In this document: in pieces, positions 1 through 6,343 of the stretch | How the letters are laid out: the number at the start of each line of letters is the position of its first letter | Position numbering within the stretch: the stretch's first letter is position 1 | IMG/VR virus record: IMGVR_UViG_3300042453_004886 | Span: 130,627 to 194,626 of that record | Reading direction: 5' to 3' (one strand) | DNA: 64,000 nucleotides | Source of the DNA: a virus | Program-made: the position numbers and the translations under genes | Notes under the pieces: generated by a model | What the model was told of the DNA's origin: nothing | Database searches by the model: none | What the model saw: only the letters and a program-made list of their open reading frames with translations

Positions 1-2
1 TC

Positions 3-425
3 GATATCTTCATCAGAGAAATTTATTCTAGTAAAGTAATAAATCCTGATAACTATAGCTACGATGAACTTGATAGTGTTTTGGATATTCTCCACAACAT
101 AAACGTTGACGGCTTTATAGATAAAAAGTCATCTTCCGTATTTCTGGAAACCAAAGATAGTATTAACTACAACGACATCTTGGAGCTAATGGAAATCATT
201 TCAAGATGCTGCACACCTGGTAGTACTCTTTTGTTCTTTGAAAGTATTTACTCGGAAGGATACTTCCGCTGTAGGATGACAGGCCCCGGAGCTTGGTATT
301 TTGAGCCAAACGTCGACGCGTTTAACGACTTTGAGATGGCTATGCAGCTTATGAAAACCTACGGCGAGAACATGACTTTGAGAGAAGTTATCAAAGCTTA
401 CAACCTTAAAAGAGCCTTGGTGTAA
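3..425 (+). CDS. Hypothetical protein, 5'-truncated by the window edge; C-terminus paralogous to 1188..1685
   Basis: Frame is open from base 3 (DIFIREIY...). C-terminal LMKTYGENMTLREVIKAYNLKRALV aligns with LIKKYGESFTLAQIMEAMKLKEAIG. Confidence 0.75.
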   Translation, partial: DIFIREIYSSKVINPDNYSYDELDSVLDILHNINVDGFIDKKSSSVFLETKDSINYNDILELMEIISRCCTPGSTLLFFESIYSEGYFRCRMTGPGAWYFEPNVDAFNDFEMAMQLMKTYGENMTLREVIKAYNLKRALV

Positions 426-431
426 AAACCA

Positions 432-463
432 CAACACCCCTGGTAGAAATACCAGGGGTGTTG
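432..463. terminator. 14-bp stem/GAAA hairpin; U-tract on the minus strand
   Basis: CAACACCCCTGGTA-GAAA-TACCAGGGGTGTTG, preceded by AAAAA (424-428). Confidence 0.65.
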
Positions 464-559
464 CAGGTGACGTTGGACTCTTCGTTTTGTTTTGTATGAC
501 TGCCCAGAACCTCTGGACACTCTCAATCTACCTCTTTCAGAAGACGGAGTCAACCCCCT

Positions 560-1177
560 TTGTTTGAAAATCTTGATAAGCTACCACAGTTCCAGATTGG
601 AGACCCCGTGGAAATAGAAGTTGACTTCTCAGAGTTCCCAGAAGAATACATTCAATTTGTTCGGGATCTTGTTCCGAATGACAATCTACTCAGAATCACT
701 AAGATCGCCTCTGTGAGGTATGCAAACCACTTCAAGACCAGTCACGAAAGCAACTTCATAGCCTGGTACGAATCTCCCTTTTTCAATTCAGGTTCATACA
801 GAGTTGGAATTTCTGGAAACATTGAAAAAGATTCAGAAATTTACAAGTCTTACATGAATGACAATTACTACTTAAAATACTTAATCAGTTTCATGTGCCA
901 GGATGCAGAAACCTTGAAGCTCACAAAAATTCCTAAAGAAAACACCATTCTCAAATCTTTGGTTCGTGACATCAAAAAAAGATATCCTTCTAGAAAAGTT
1001 TGCATGGTGGATCCTAAGAACCTTATACTCGGAAAAGTGCATTGTGCAACTTGTAATTCTCCTGTAAAAAATCATGACACAAACATGATTTGTGCAGCTA
1101 CCTCCAAGAACAAGTTTAATTATTGGTACATTTGCAAAGACTTTAAGTCTTGCGAGTTTAAATCTGCACTTCTTTAG
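560..1177 (+). CDS. Hypothetical protein with C-terminal Cys cluster (possible Zn finger)
   Basis: 205-aa ORF; CATC...C...C...C near the C-terminus; ends FKSALL. Confidence 0.75.
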   Translation: MFENLDKLPQFQIGDPVEIEVDFSEFPEEYIQFVRDLVPNDNLLRITKIASVRYANHFKTSHESNFIAWYESPFFNSGSYRVGISGNIEKDSEIYKSYMNDNYYLKYLISFMCQDAETLKLTKIPKENTILKSLVRDIKKRYPSRKVCMVDPKNLILGKVHCATCNSPVKNHDTNMICAATSKNKFNYWYICKDFKSCEFKSALL

Positions 1178-1187
1178 GAGTTAAATT

Positions 1188-1685
1188 ATGAATGTAAGCA
1201 TAGCTTCCTATATAAAAGAAAAACCGTACTTTATCCACAAAGATCATTTCCAAAGTCTAATCAATGATCTTTTAAGAGATATTGTAGATCTTGATGACGA
1301 AGTTCTAAGTAAGTATTCAGAGATTCAAAAACTTAATTACATTCTTTTCGAGATAAACTGGAAATGTAAGTTTGACCCTGACTCAGGCCACATGACAGAT
1401 TTAGATTTTTCTCCTGAAGAATACAACTGGTACAATAGCAAAATGCTCAACACATTTTTCAATTGTATAGCTCCGTATGTGAATGAAAACTGTTACATGA
1501 TTGTTGAGTATGAAGAAGAGCTTGACGATAAAGTTATTTTTAGAAATAACAAATTTTATACTTACGAGCAGCAAGTGTTCTACCATCCAGAAGAAATCGT
1601 AGATGCTCTCATCAAGAAATATGGTGAAAGTTTTACTCTTGCTCAGATCATGGAAGCAATGAAACTCAAAGAAGCGATAGGGTAA
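1188..1685 (+). CDS. Hypothetical protein
   Basis: 165-aa ORF with AGGAG RBS; paralog of the first ORF. Confidence 0.8.
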   Translation: MNVSIASYIKEKPYFIHKDHFQSLINDLLRDIVDLDDEVLSKYSEIQKLNYILFEINWKCKFDPDSGHMTDLDFSPEEYNWYNSKMLNTFFNCIAPYVNENCYMIVEYEEELDDKVIFRNNKFYTYEQQVFYHPEEIVDALIKKYGESFTLAQIMEAMKLKEAIG

Positions 1686-1689
1686 TCAA

Positions 1690-2199
1690 ATGCACAAAGT
1701 TTTTACAGCCATTGCGGCATCTCTTATGTTTCAAGGAGCAGCCTTTGCCGGGTCTATTGATGATCTGGATAACAAGTACGGCTTTCAAAGTTACAAGTTC
1801 GGCACAGCGCCGTCTAAGCACCTTCTGAGCAAAACCACAGAGCAGCTCCACGAACCCGGCGTAGACTGCTTCATCTTGCACAACGTGCATGTGGCAGGAG
1901 TACCTCTAAAAGTCACGTTGTTCTATTACAAGAACAAGCTCATCATCGTTAACTTGGATACCGATAAAGATGCCAACGAGACTGTTCTACGCGTGTTCAG
2001 GCAAGCTTACGGAGAGCCCAGCTCCTCAGACGATCTCAATCACAACTACTCTTGGCTAGGCAACAGGGTTGCCTTGATCTATAAGTTCAACATCTTCAAT
2101 AAAGAAACCCATATTACAATGGGTGAAATAAGTCTTGTAAGAGAAAAGTCAGCAGACGACGAGGTTGAACTTGAGAAGTCCTCAAAGGAAGATCTCTAA
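1690..2199 (+). CDS. Putative exported protein with signal peptide
   Basis: N-terminus MHKVFTAIAASLMFQGAAFA-GS: basic, hydrophobic, AxA cleavage pattern. Confidence 0.7.
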   Translation: MHKVFTAIAASLMFQGAAFAGSIDDLDNKYGFQSYKFGTAPSKHLLSKTTEQLHEPGVDCFILHNVHVAGVPLKVTLFYYKNKLIIVNLDTDKDANETVLRVFRQAYGEPSSSDDLNHNYSWLGNRVALIYKFNIFNKETHITMGEISLVREKSADDEVELEKSSKEDL

Positions 2200-2208
2200 T
2201 AAAAACCA

Positions 2209-2242
2209 ACTACCCCTTGAGACCTAGGTCTCAAGGGGTAGT
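2209..2242. repeat. Perfect 34-bp palindrome (probable terminator hairpin)
   Basis: ACTACCCCTTGAGACCTAGGTCTCAAGGGGTAGT equals its own reverse complement; AAAAA at 2201-2205. Confidence 0.85.
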
Positions 2243-2341
2243 CAGTAGCCTGACGTATCCTATAATGTTGTTTTTTATGCAGAACCTCTCTGCACGTCCT
2301 CAATGTAGCAAGTTGCCCCTCATGATGTCAAGGAGATTTGT

Positions 2342-2575
2342 ATGATTTCCAGTCAAACTTTGAATCACATCCAAAACCACATCTTGATTCTTGAGGAGCT
2401 TGGTATGCAAAACCTGACTCTTGAAGAAGCTCACAGGTTTGTTCCAGAAGAAGATAGAGTATTCCATCAGTTGCTTGTAGAATTGTTGGGAAAAGATACT
2501 CAGCTAAAAAGCGTAGTTTTTAAAGTTCAGCAAATCAACTACATTGTTGAAACAACTGCAGAGCTGTACAGCTAA
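2342..2575 (+). CDS. Hypothetical protein
   Basis: 77-aa ORF with AAGGAG RBS. Confidence 0.7.
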   Translation: MISSQTLNHIQNHILILEELGMQNLTLEEAHRFVPEEDRVFHQLLVELLGKDTQLKSVVFKVQQINYIVETTAELYS

Positions 2576-2611
2576 GTTTACTAAGTCTAAAAACTAATAT
2601 AAAATAAACCC

Positions 2612-2869
2612 ATGCATGAATACCTTGAGTACGAATTCATATTGAAGTGCTTTGATTCAAAGTTTGAAAAGATTGAAAAGTTTTATGCATGGTACTTGTC
2701 AAGATTAGACTACGAGACAGACAAGCAAGATCTGATTAACTTTTACCTCAAGCACTTCCAAAAAAACCCAGAAAAAGCAGAGCAAATCTTTGAGTGCATG
2801 CGTAGTTCTTATGAAATCTTTAAATTCAAGAATGCAATCTTAAACGACATCAGTCTTGACAACGATTAG
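2612..2869 (+). CDS. Hypothetical protein
   Basis: 85-aa ORF in the same orientation as its neighbours. Confidence 0.7.
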   Translation: MHEYLEYEFILKCFDSKFEKIEKFYAWYLSRLDYETDKQDLINFYLKHFQKNPEKAEQIFECMRSSYEIFKFKNAILNDISLDND

Positions 2870-2896
2870 CTAAATAGCCAGAATTAGTTAAGTTAT

Positions 2897-2980
2897 TGGC
2901 AAGTACCCGAGTGGTAGCAGGGGGCGGACTGTTAATCCGTTTGCGAAAGCACGTCGTCGGTTCGAATCCGACCTTGCCAG
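2897..2980 (+). tRNA. trnN: tRNA-Asn(GTT) with long variable arm
   Basis: Acceptor TGGCAAG/CTTGCCA, G73; anticodon arm GCGGA-CT GTT AA-TCCGT; T arm GTCGG-TTCGAAT-CCGAC; no encoded CCA. Confidence 0.9.
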
Positions 2981-3010
2981 CTTTAATCCCACAAATACAA
3001 ATCAACAGCT

Positions 3011-3142
3011 CTTTGGGTAGTTTCAAGGTCCTGCCCAAAGATGCGGAAGGACTAGGCGAAAGCTGAATGGCTACCCGCATGGATTCTGCAGGCGCAGAGG
3101 TATAAAAATGTAGCCAGACTGGAAGGAGCAGTCCTTCCAGTC
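3011..3142 (+). ncRNA. Candidate structured non-coding RNA
   Basis: Several 6-10 bp helices in the non-coding gap after tRNA-Asn (see findings). Confidence 0.4.
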
Positions 3143-3167
3143 GTCCAGCAAACTTTTGGAGGGATGC

Positions 3168-3392
3168 ATGGAAAATAAAACCTGGATTAACTATGACCCG
3201 CTTCGAAATGAATGGATTGACTCAGACGGAGTTGGTCACTACGATACCAGCAACAAGTTTACCGAGCACGGGTGCAACGGAGCTTGTACGCAAGAAGACT
3301 TCCCAGGGCGTAACAAGACACGTCAAGAGGCTATTCTGAAAGCCAAAAGCTTGGGTTTTACAAGGGGCACAAATGAATATCTACGATTTTGA
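3168..3392 (+). CDS. Hypothetical protein
   Basis: ATG 3168 with GGAGGG RBS; in frame with track ORF 3156..3392. Confidence 0.65.
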   Translation: MENKTWINYDPLRNEWIDSDGVGHYDTSNKFTEHGCNGACTQEDFPGRNKTRQEAILKAKSLGFTRGTNEYLRF

Positions 3393-3504
3393 TAACTTGG
3401 AACAAATAGATTTTTACTACGATAAAACCAGAGACAATCATTTGACAGGTGACTGCACAGCGTCTAACTGCTTTTGGTGCAAGATTGAGAACACTAAAGA
3501 ATGA
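3373..3504 (+). CDS. Small Cys/His-containing hypothetical protein (43 aa, not in the track)
   Basis: MNIYDFDNLEQIDFYYDKTRDNHLTGDCTASNCFWCKIENTKE; its stop overlaps the next ATG (ATGA). Confidence 0.5.
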   Translation: MNIYDFDNLEQIDFYYDKTRDNHLTGDCTASNCFWCKIENTKE

Positions 3505-3692
3505 CTATGCCAAAGATCTACAACTTTCTCGAAGACCTTATAGCGTCCTATGAAAGCTATGGTGAGGAGTACCCCTTTACCAATATCTGGTTTGAAGCTT
3601 TGGAAGTAGCTAGAAAACATGAGTACGTATCCGGACAGGTAAAAGAAGATCTCAAAGCCTTTCTGGAAGAGTACAGAACTCTTAAAAAATAA
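3501..3692 (+). CDS. Hypothetical protein
   Basis: 63-aa ORF, translationally coupled to the upstream ORF. Confidence 0.6.
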   Translation: MTMPKIYNFLEDLIASYESYGEEYPFTNIWFEALEVARKHEYVSGQVKEDLKAFLEEYRTLKK

Positions 3693-3745
3693 GAGCATTT
3701 AAAATCTTGCACGGTAGAGTAGTAAGTGCTATCGTTCAAGAACTT

Positions 3746-4049
3746 GGAGGTATAGCTCAACGGTCAGAGCAGTGGACTCATCAATTGGTGCGCTATCAGG
3801 GAAACTTGATAGAGGAACAGGGTGAATTCAGGGGAACCTAAAGCGCAAGCAACGGCAATCCTGAGCCAAGCTTTCGGTACACCGAAAGAAGGTGCAACGA
3901 CTAGTGGGTTTGAGTAAAGTCTCAAGTAATACCACCTCGAGCGCCCTGCACCCTAACGTAAAGTCGAGGGTGAAGAGATAGTCTAGCCCACAAGGAAACT
4001 TGTGATACGGCGAATCCATTGGTTTAGGGTTCGAATCCCTATGCCTCCA
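3746..4049 (+). tRNA. trnI: tRNA-Ile2(CAT) (elongator Met less likely), split by a group I intron; exons 3746-3781 and 4013-4049
   Basis: Joined exons fold: acceptor GGAGGTA/TGCCTCC, A73; anticodon arm GTGGA-CT CAT AA-TCCAT; T arm TAGGG-TTCGAAT-CCCTA. The AGAGCAG..GACTCATAATC..TTGGT context is typical of Ile2; fMet hallmarks are absent. Confidence 0.88.
3782..4012 (+). ncRNA. Group I intron (IC3-like), 231 nt, no ORF
   Basis: Exon ends in U and intron ends in G; P1 CAU/GUG; P GAATTCAGGGGAAC, Q AATCCTGAGCCAAG, R GTGCAACGACTAG, S GAAGAGATAGTCTA. Confidence 0.92.
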
Positions 4050-4055
4050 CTTTCC

Positions 4056-4130
4056 GCCCTAGTAATGGCCACGCCTTCTAAGCGATAGGTGCATAGTTGG
4101 ATAACGTAGGTTCGAGTCCTACCTGGGGCA
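4056..4130 (+). tRNA. Atypical tRNA-Arg(TCT)-like gene lacking a D arm (functional variant or pseudogene)
   Basis: Acceptor GCCCTAG/CTGGGGC, A73; T arm GTAGG-TTCGAGT-CCTAC; loop CT TCT AA closed by CGC/GCG. Only about 9 nt lie between the acceptor and the CGC stem. Confidence 0.6.
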
Positions 4131-4154
4131 CTTGTGTTATAATAAAAAAGATAA

Positions 4155-4207
4155 AACCCGCCAAGGCTATGCTCGAAAGAGTATCCTCAAACCGGCGGGT
4201 TACTTTT
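4155..4207 (+). terminator. Long hairpin with inner GAAA stem and U-tract
   Basis: AACCCGCC...GGCGGGTT encloses ATGCTC-GAAA-GAGTAT, followed by ACTTTTT. Confidence 0.6.
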
Positions 4208-4248
4208 TATTTTGGGCCTGTTTCGTGTAAAATTGAAGGAGGTGTACC

Positions 4249-4473
4249 ATGAACTTTTATATTGACGAAGAAGAGGAATATATGGCAGATGCTAAATGCT
4301 GCTGTAGCGGTGGAGTTCTCCAGTTTCTAGTACCGGGCGATGGCCCTGGAGGGCTAGAGTACCACTGGGAATACTGCGATTGCCCTGAAGGTAAAGCTGC
4401 TGCTCTAAGCGAGCTCAGAGCCCGTATTGAAACCAAAGACGAACAAGACTATAATTCTGACTTCCCATTCTAA
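4249..4473 (+). CDS. Hypothetical protein (Cys motifs CCCSGG and CDCPEG)
   Basis: 74-aa ORF with AAGGAGG RBS. Confidence 0.75.
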   Translation: MNFYIDEEEEYMADAKCCCSGGVLQFLVPGDGPGGLEYHWEYCDCPEGKAAALSELRARIETKDEQDYNSDFPF

Positions 4474-4545
4474 GCACTCGTAAGTTGTAGCTCCCTCTCT
4501 CACCCCGGACTTCTACAATATTGATTTTGAATTTTAGGAGTTAAC

Positions 4546-4788
4546 ATGCAACATCTTTCTGACATTCTTCATCCAAATGCTTTGATTCTCCATGTTGACG
4601 ACAACTACCTCATTACCTGGAATCGTTCTGCTACAGTCAATGTCTGGTCTTTCAATCCTAAAAACTGGATCTGGACCAACATCGACGCCTTCAGCGTAGA
4701 GCCTGAAGATGAAGAAGCAGCACGACGCAATGCTTTTCTTTGGATTGAAAAAACTACAGGATTTGTAGTTCCTCTTGGATTAGGCTAG
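4546..4788 (+). CDS. Hypothetical protein
   Basis: 80-aa ORF with AGGAG RBS. Confidence 0.75.
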   Translation: MQHLSDILHPNALILHVDDNYLITWNRSATVNVWSFNPKNWIWTNIDAFSVEPEDEEAARRNAFLWIEKTTGFVVPLGLG

Positions 4789-4795
4789 ACATTCT

Positions 4796-4823
4796 ACACC
4801 AACTACACTAGTGTAGTTGGTGT
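4796..4823. repeat. Perfect 28-bp palindrome
   Basis: ACACCAACTACACTAGTGTAGTTGGTGT. Confidence 0.85.
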
Positions 4824-4828
4824 ATTCC

Positions 4829-4848
4829 GCCCTCATGGTGAAATGGCA
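4829..4848 (+). repeat. 20-bp direct repeat of the tRNA-Leu 5' end (other copy at 5334-5353)
   Basis: GCCCTCATGGTGAAATGGCA occurs at both positions. Confidence 0.95.
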
Positions 4849-4860
4849 AAGGCTTACTAG

Positions 4861-5328
4861 ATGGAAGATAACGTAAAAGTTTACGGTCCTTACACTAGAA
4901 GTGACGGCAGACAGCATGTTATCTTAGTGTCTGGTAGCCTTCGCCGAACCGTTTCCTACCCAAAATACCTAATGGAAAAACATTTAGGTAGGGAGCTAGA
5001 CCCAAATTTAGAGACAATTGATCACATTGACAGAGATTTTACTAACAACTCTTTAGAAAATTTAAGAGTTATACCCAGGTCTAAACATTCATGTGAAGAC
5101 CAGAAAAGAGTAAAACTTCTAACAGGAAACTGTTTAATGTGCAGTAAAGTAGTAGAAAACATTAAACCGTCTAAAGCTAGAAGAGACAAAAAAGCAGGAA
5201 AAGCTGGACCATTTTGTTCAAAACAATGCATAGGTAAATACGGATCATATCTTCAAAATAAGAAAGTTGAAAAATTTAATAATGACTTAGACACAACGTC
5301 AGAGTATTTTTATTTAGACAAAATTTGA
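4861..5328 (+). CDS. Free-standing HNH homing endonuclease with C-terminal Cys4 Zn-finger-like domain
   Basis: ETIDHIDRDFTNNSLENLRVIPRSKH (HNH motif); CLMC...FCSKQC. Confidence 0.9.
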   Translation: MEDNVKVYGPYTRSDGRQHVILVSGSLRRTVSYPKYLMEKHLGRELDPNLETIDHIDRDFTNNSLENLRVIPRSKHSCEDQKRVKLLTGNCLMCSKVVENIKPSKARRDKKAGKAGPFCSKQCIGKYGSYLQNKKVEKFNNDLDTTSEYFYLDKI

Positions 5329-5333
5329 TTTTA

Positions 5334-5617
5334 GCCCTCATGGTGAAATGGCAGACACTAGCGACTTTTAAATGAGCACTTATACAGAAATGTATATTTG
5401 AATGAACTCAAATTCGGTGAAAGCTTAACTGCCAACGCCGAGCCAAGCTGGATTTATCCAGAAGGTGTAGAGGCCAGACGGGTTCCATCTGACTGGAGTT
5501 TAACTCTAAAAGATGAAGGCATGGTCCAGACCACAAACGTTTTTACGGTAGCGAAAGCTATAGTGGTAAGAAAATCGCTTGCTTTTTAGCGTCCCGGTTC
5601 GAATCCGGGTGGGGGCA
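5334..5617 (+). tRNA. trnL: tRNA-Leu(TAA) split by a group I intron; exons 5334-5367 and 5571-5617
   Basis: Acceptor GCCCTCA/TGGGGGC, A73; anticodon arm AGCGA-CT T^AA AA-TCGCT; long variable region; T arm CCCGG-TTCGAAT-CCGGG. Confidence 0.92.
5368..5570 (+). ncRNA. Group I intron (IC3, trnL-type), 203 nt
   Basis: Inserted after U34; P1 CUU/GAG; P AATTCGGTGAAAGC, Q AACGCCGAGCCAAG, R GTAGAGGCCAG, S GAAGGCATGGTCC; terminal G. Confidence 0.92.
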
Positions 5618-5621
5618 CTGT

Positions 5622-5710
5622 GGAAGCGTGATGTACGGTGCATCGGACGTCTTATAAGCGTCAGCGCCCCAGATAAGGGCCGTGACTGGGTTCAACTCCC
5701 AGCGCTTCCA
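5622..5710 (+). tRNA. trnI: tRNA-Ile(TAT) with long variable arm
   Basis: Acceptor GGAAGCG/CGCTTCC, A73; anticodon arm GACGT-CT TAT AA-GCGTC; 23-nt variable region; T arm CTGGG-TTCAACT-CCCAG. Confidence 0.85.
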
Positions 5711-5725
5711 CCTCTTTGAGGTTTT

Positions 5726-5914
5726 ATGAAAATCATTATCGACAAAGAATTACTAAGCTATACAGGGGATCCAAGATACGAAATCCTGATTAAAAATGAC
5801 GAAGTCCTTGTATACGACTTGGCTTACAGCGATAATTCAGATAAATTTATAGTACACAGGCTGTACTTAGGCGGCAATGAATGCGACAGCAAAGATGGAT
5901 CCTATCCGGCCTGA
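5726..5914 (+). CDS. Hypothetical protein
   Basis: 62-aa ORF with GAGG RBS. Confidence 0.6.
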   Translation: MKIIIDKELLSYTGDPRYEILIKNDEVLVYDLAYSDNSDKFIVHRLYLGGNECDSKDGSYPA

Positions 5915-6315
5915 AAAGAGCTTTTGTCTCTCAACATCCGCATTACAAGATGTCAGCAATTATTACCAAGGGCGGGAGGGTTATCTCTATTGGGTTTAAC
6001 CGAGCGCCTTCTGGTTATTTAAAATCAAAACTATTTTGTGATTTTCATGGTGTTCACGCTGAAGTGGATGCCATATTAAACTGCTCAGATAAAGAAGATC
6101 TCAAGGGTGCAGAGATGTACGTGGTGGGTAGAAGACCTCGTACGGGTGCTTTGATTCTCAGCAGACCTTGTGAACTTTGTCAGAAATACGTAGAGAATTT
6201 TGGACTAAAAGCTATTTACTACCATGACTCCGATGGCAAAATAAAAGACCTCTACTCAAACGATGAAAACATAACGCATATTTGCAAAAGTCATTTAGAT
6301 AAAAAATCCAGCTAA
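5881..6315 (+). CDS. Zn-dependent cytidine/dCMP deaminase-family protein
   Basis: HAEVDAI and RPCELC (HxE...PCxxC) motifs. Confidence 0.88.
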   Translation: MRQQRWILSGLKRAFVSQHPHYKMSAIITKGGRVISIGFNRAPSGYLKSKLFCDFHGVHAEVDAILNCSDKEDLKGAEMYVVGRRPRTGALILSRPCELCQKYVENFGLKAIYYHDSDGKIKDLYSNDENITHICKSHLDKKSS

Positions 6316-6343
6316 GTTTTACTTTTAAAGTTAGGGGTACAGG

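Noticed and set aside
3113-3131. CCAGACTGGAAGGAGCAG resembles SRP RNA helix 8
   Set aside because: The conserved AGG is AGA, the flanks do not form the long SRP stem, and a better local 10-bp hairpin exists.
3828-4019. Minus-strand 63-aa ORF, and plus-strand ORF 5398..5589, as intron-encoded proteins
   Set aside because: Both lie across conserved group I core elements or exons, and have no RBS or endonuclease motifs; they are chance frames.
4155-4201. Resemblance to a c-di-GMP-I riboswitch (TCGAAAGAGT, CAAACC)
   Set aside because: Lacks GGCAAA and GACGCAAAG core elements; a simple hairpin plus U-tract explains it as a terminator.
2981-5725. HDV-like (theta) ribozymes at tRNA 3' ends
   Set aside because: None of the trailers shows the nested P1-P4 pseudoknot directly after the discriminator base.
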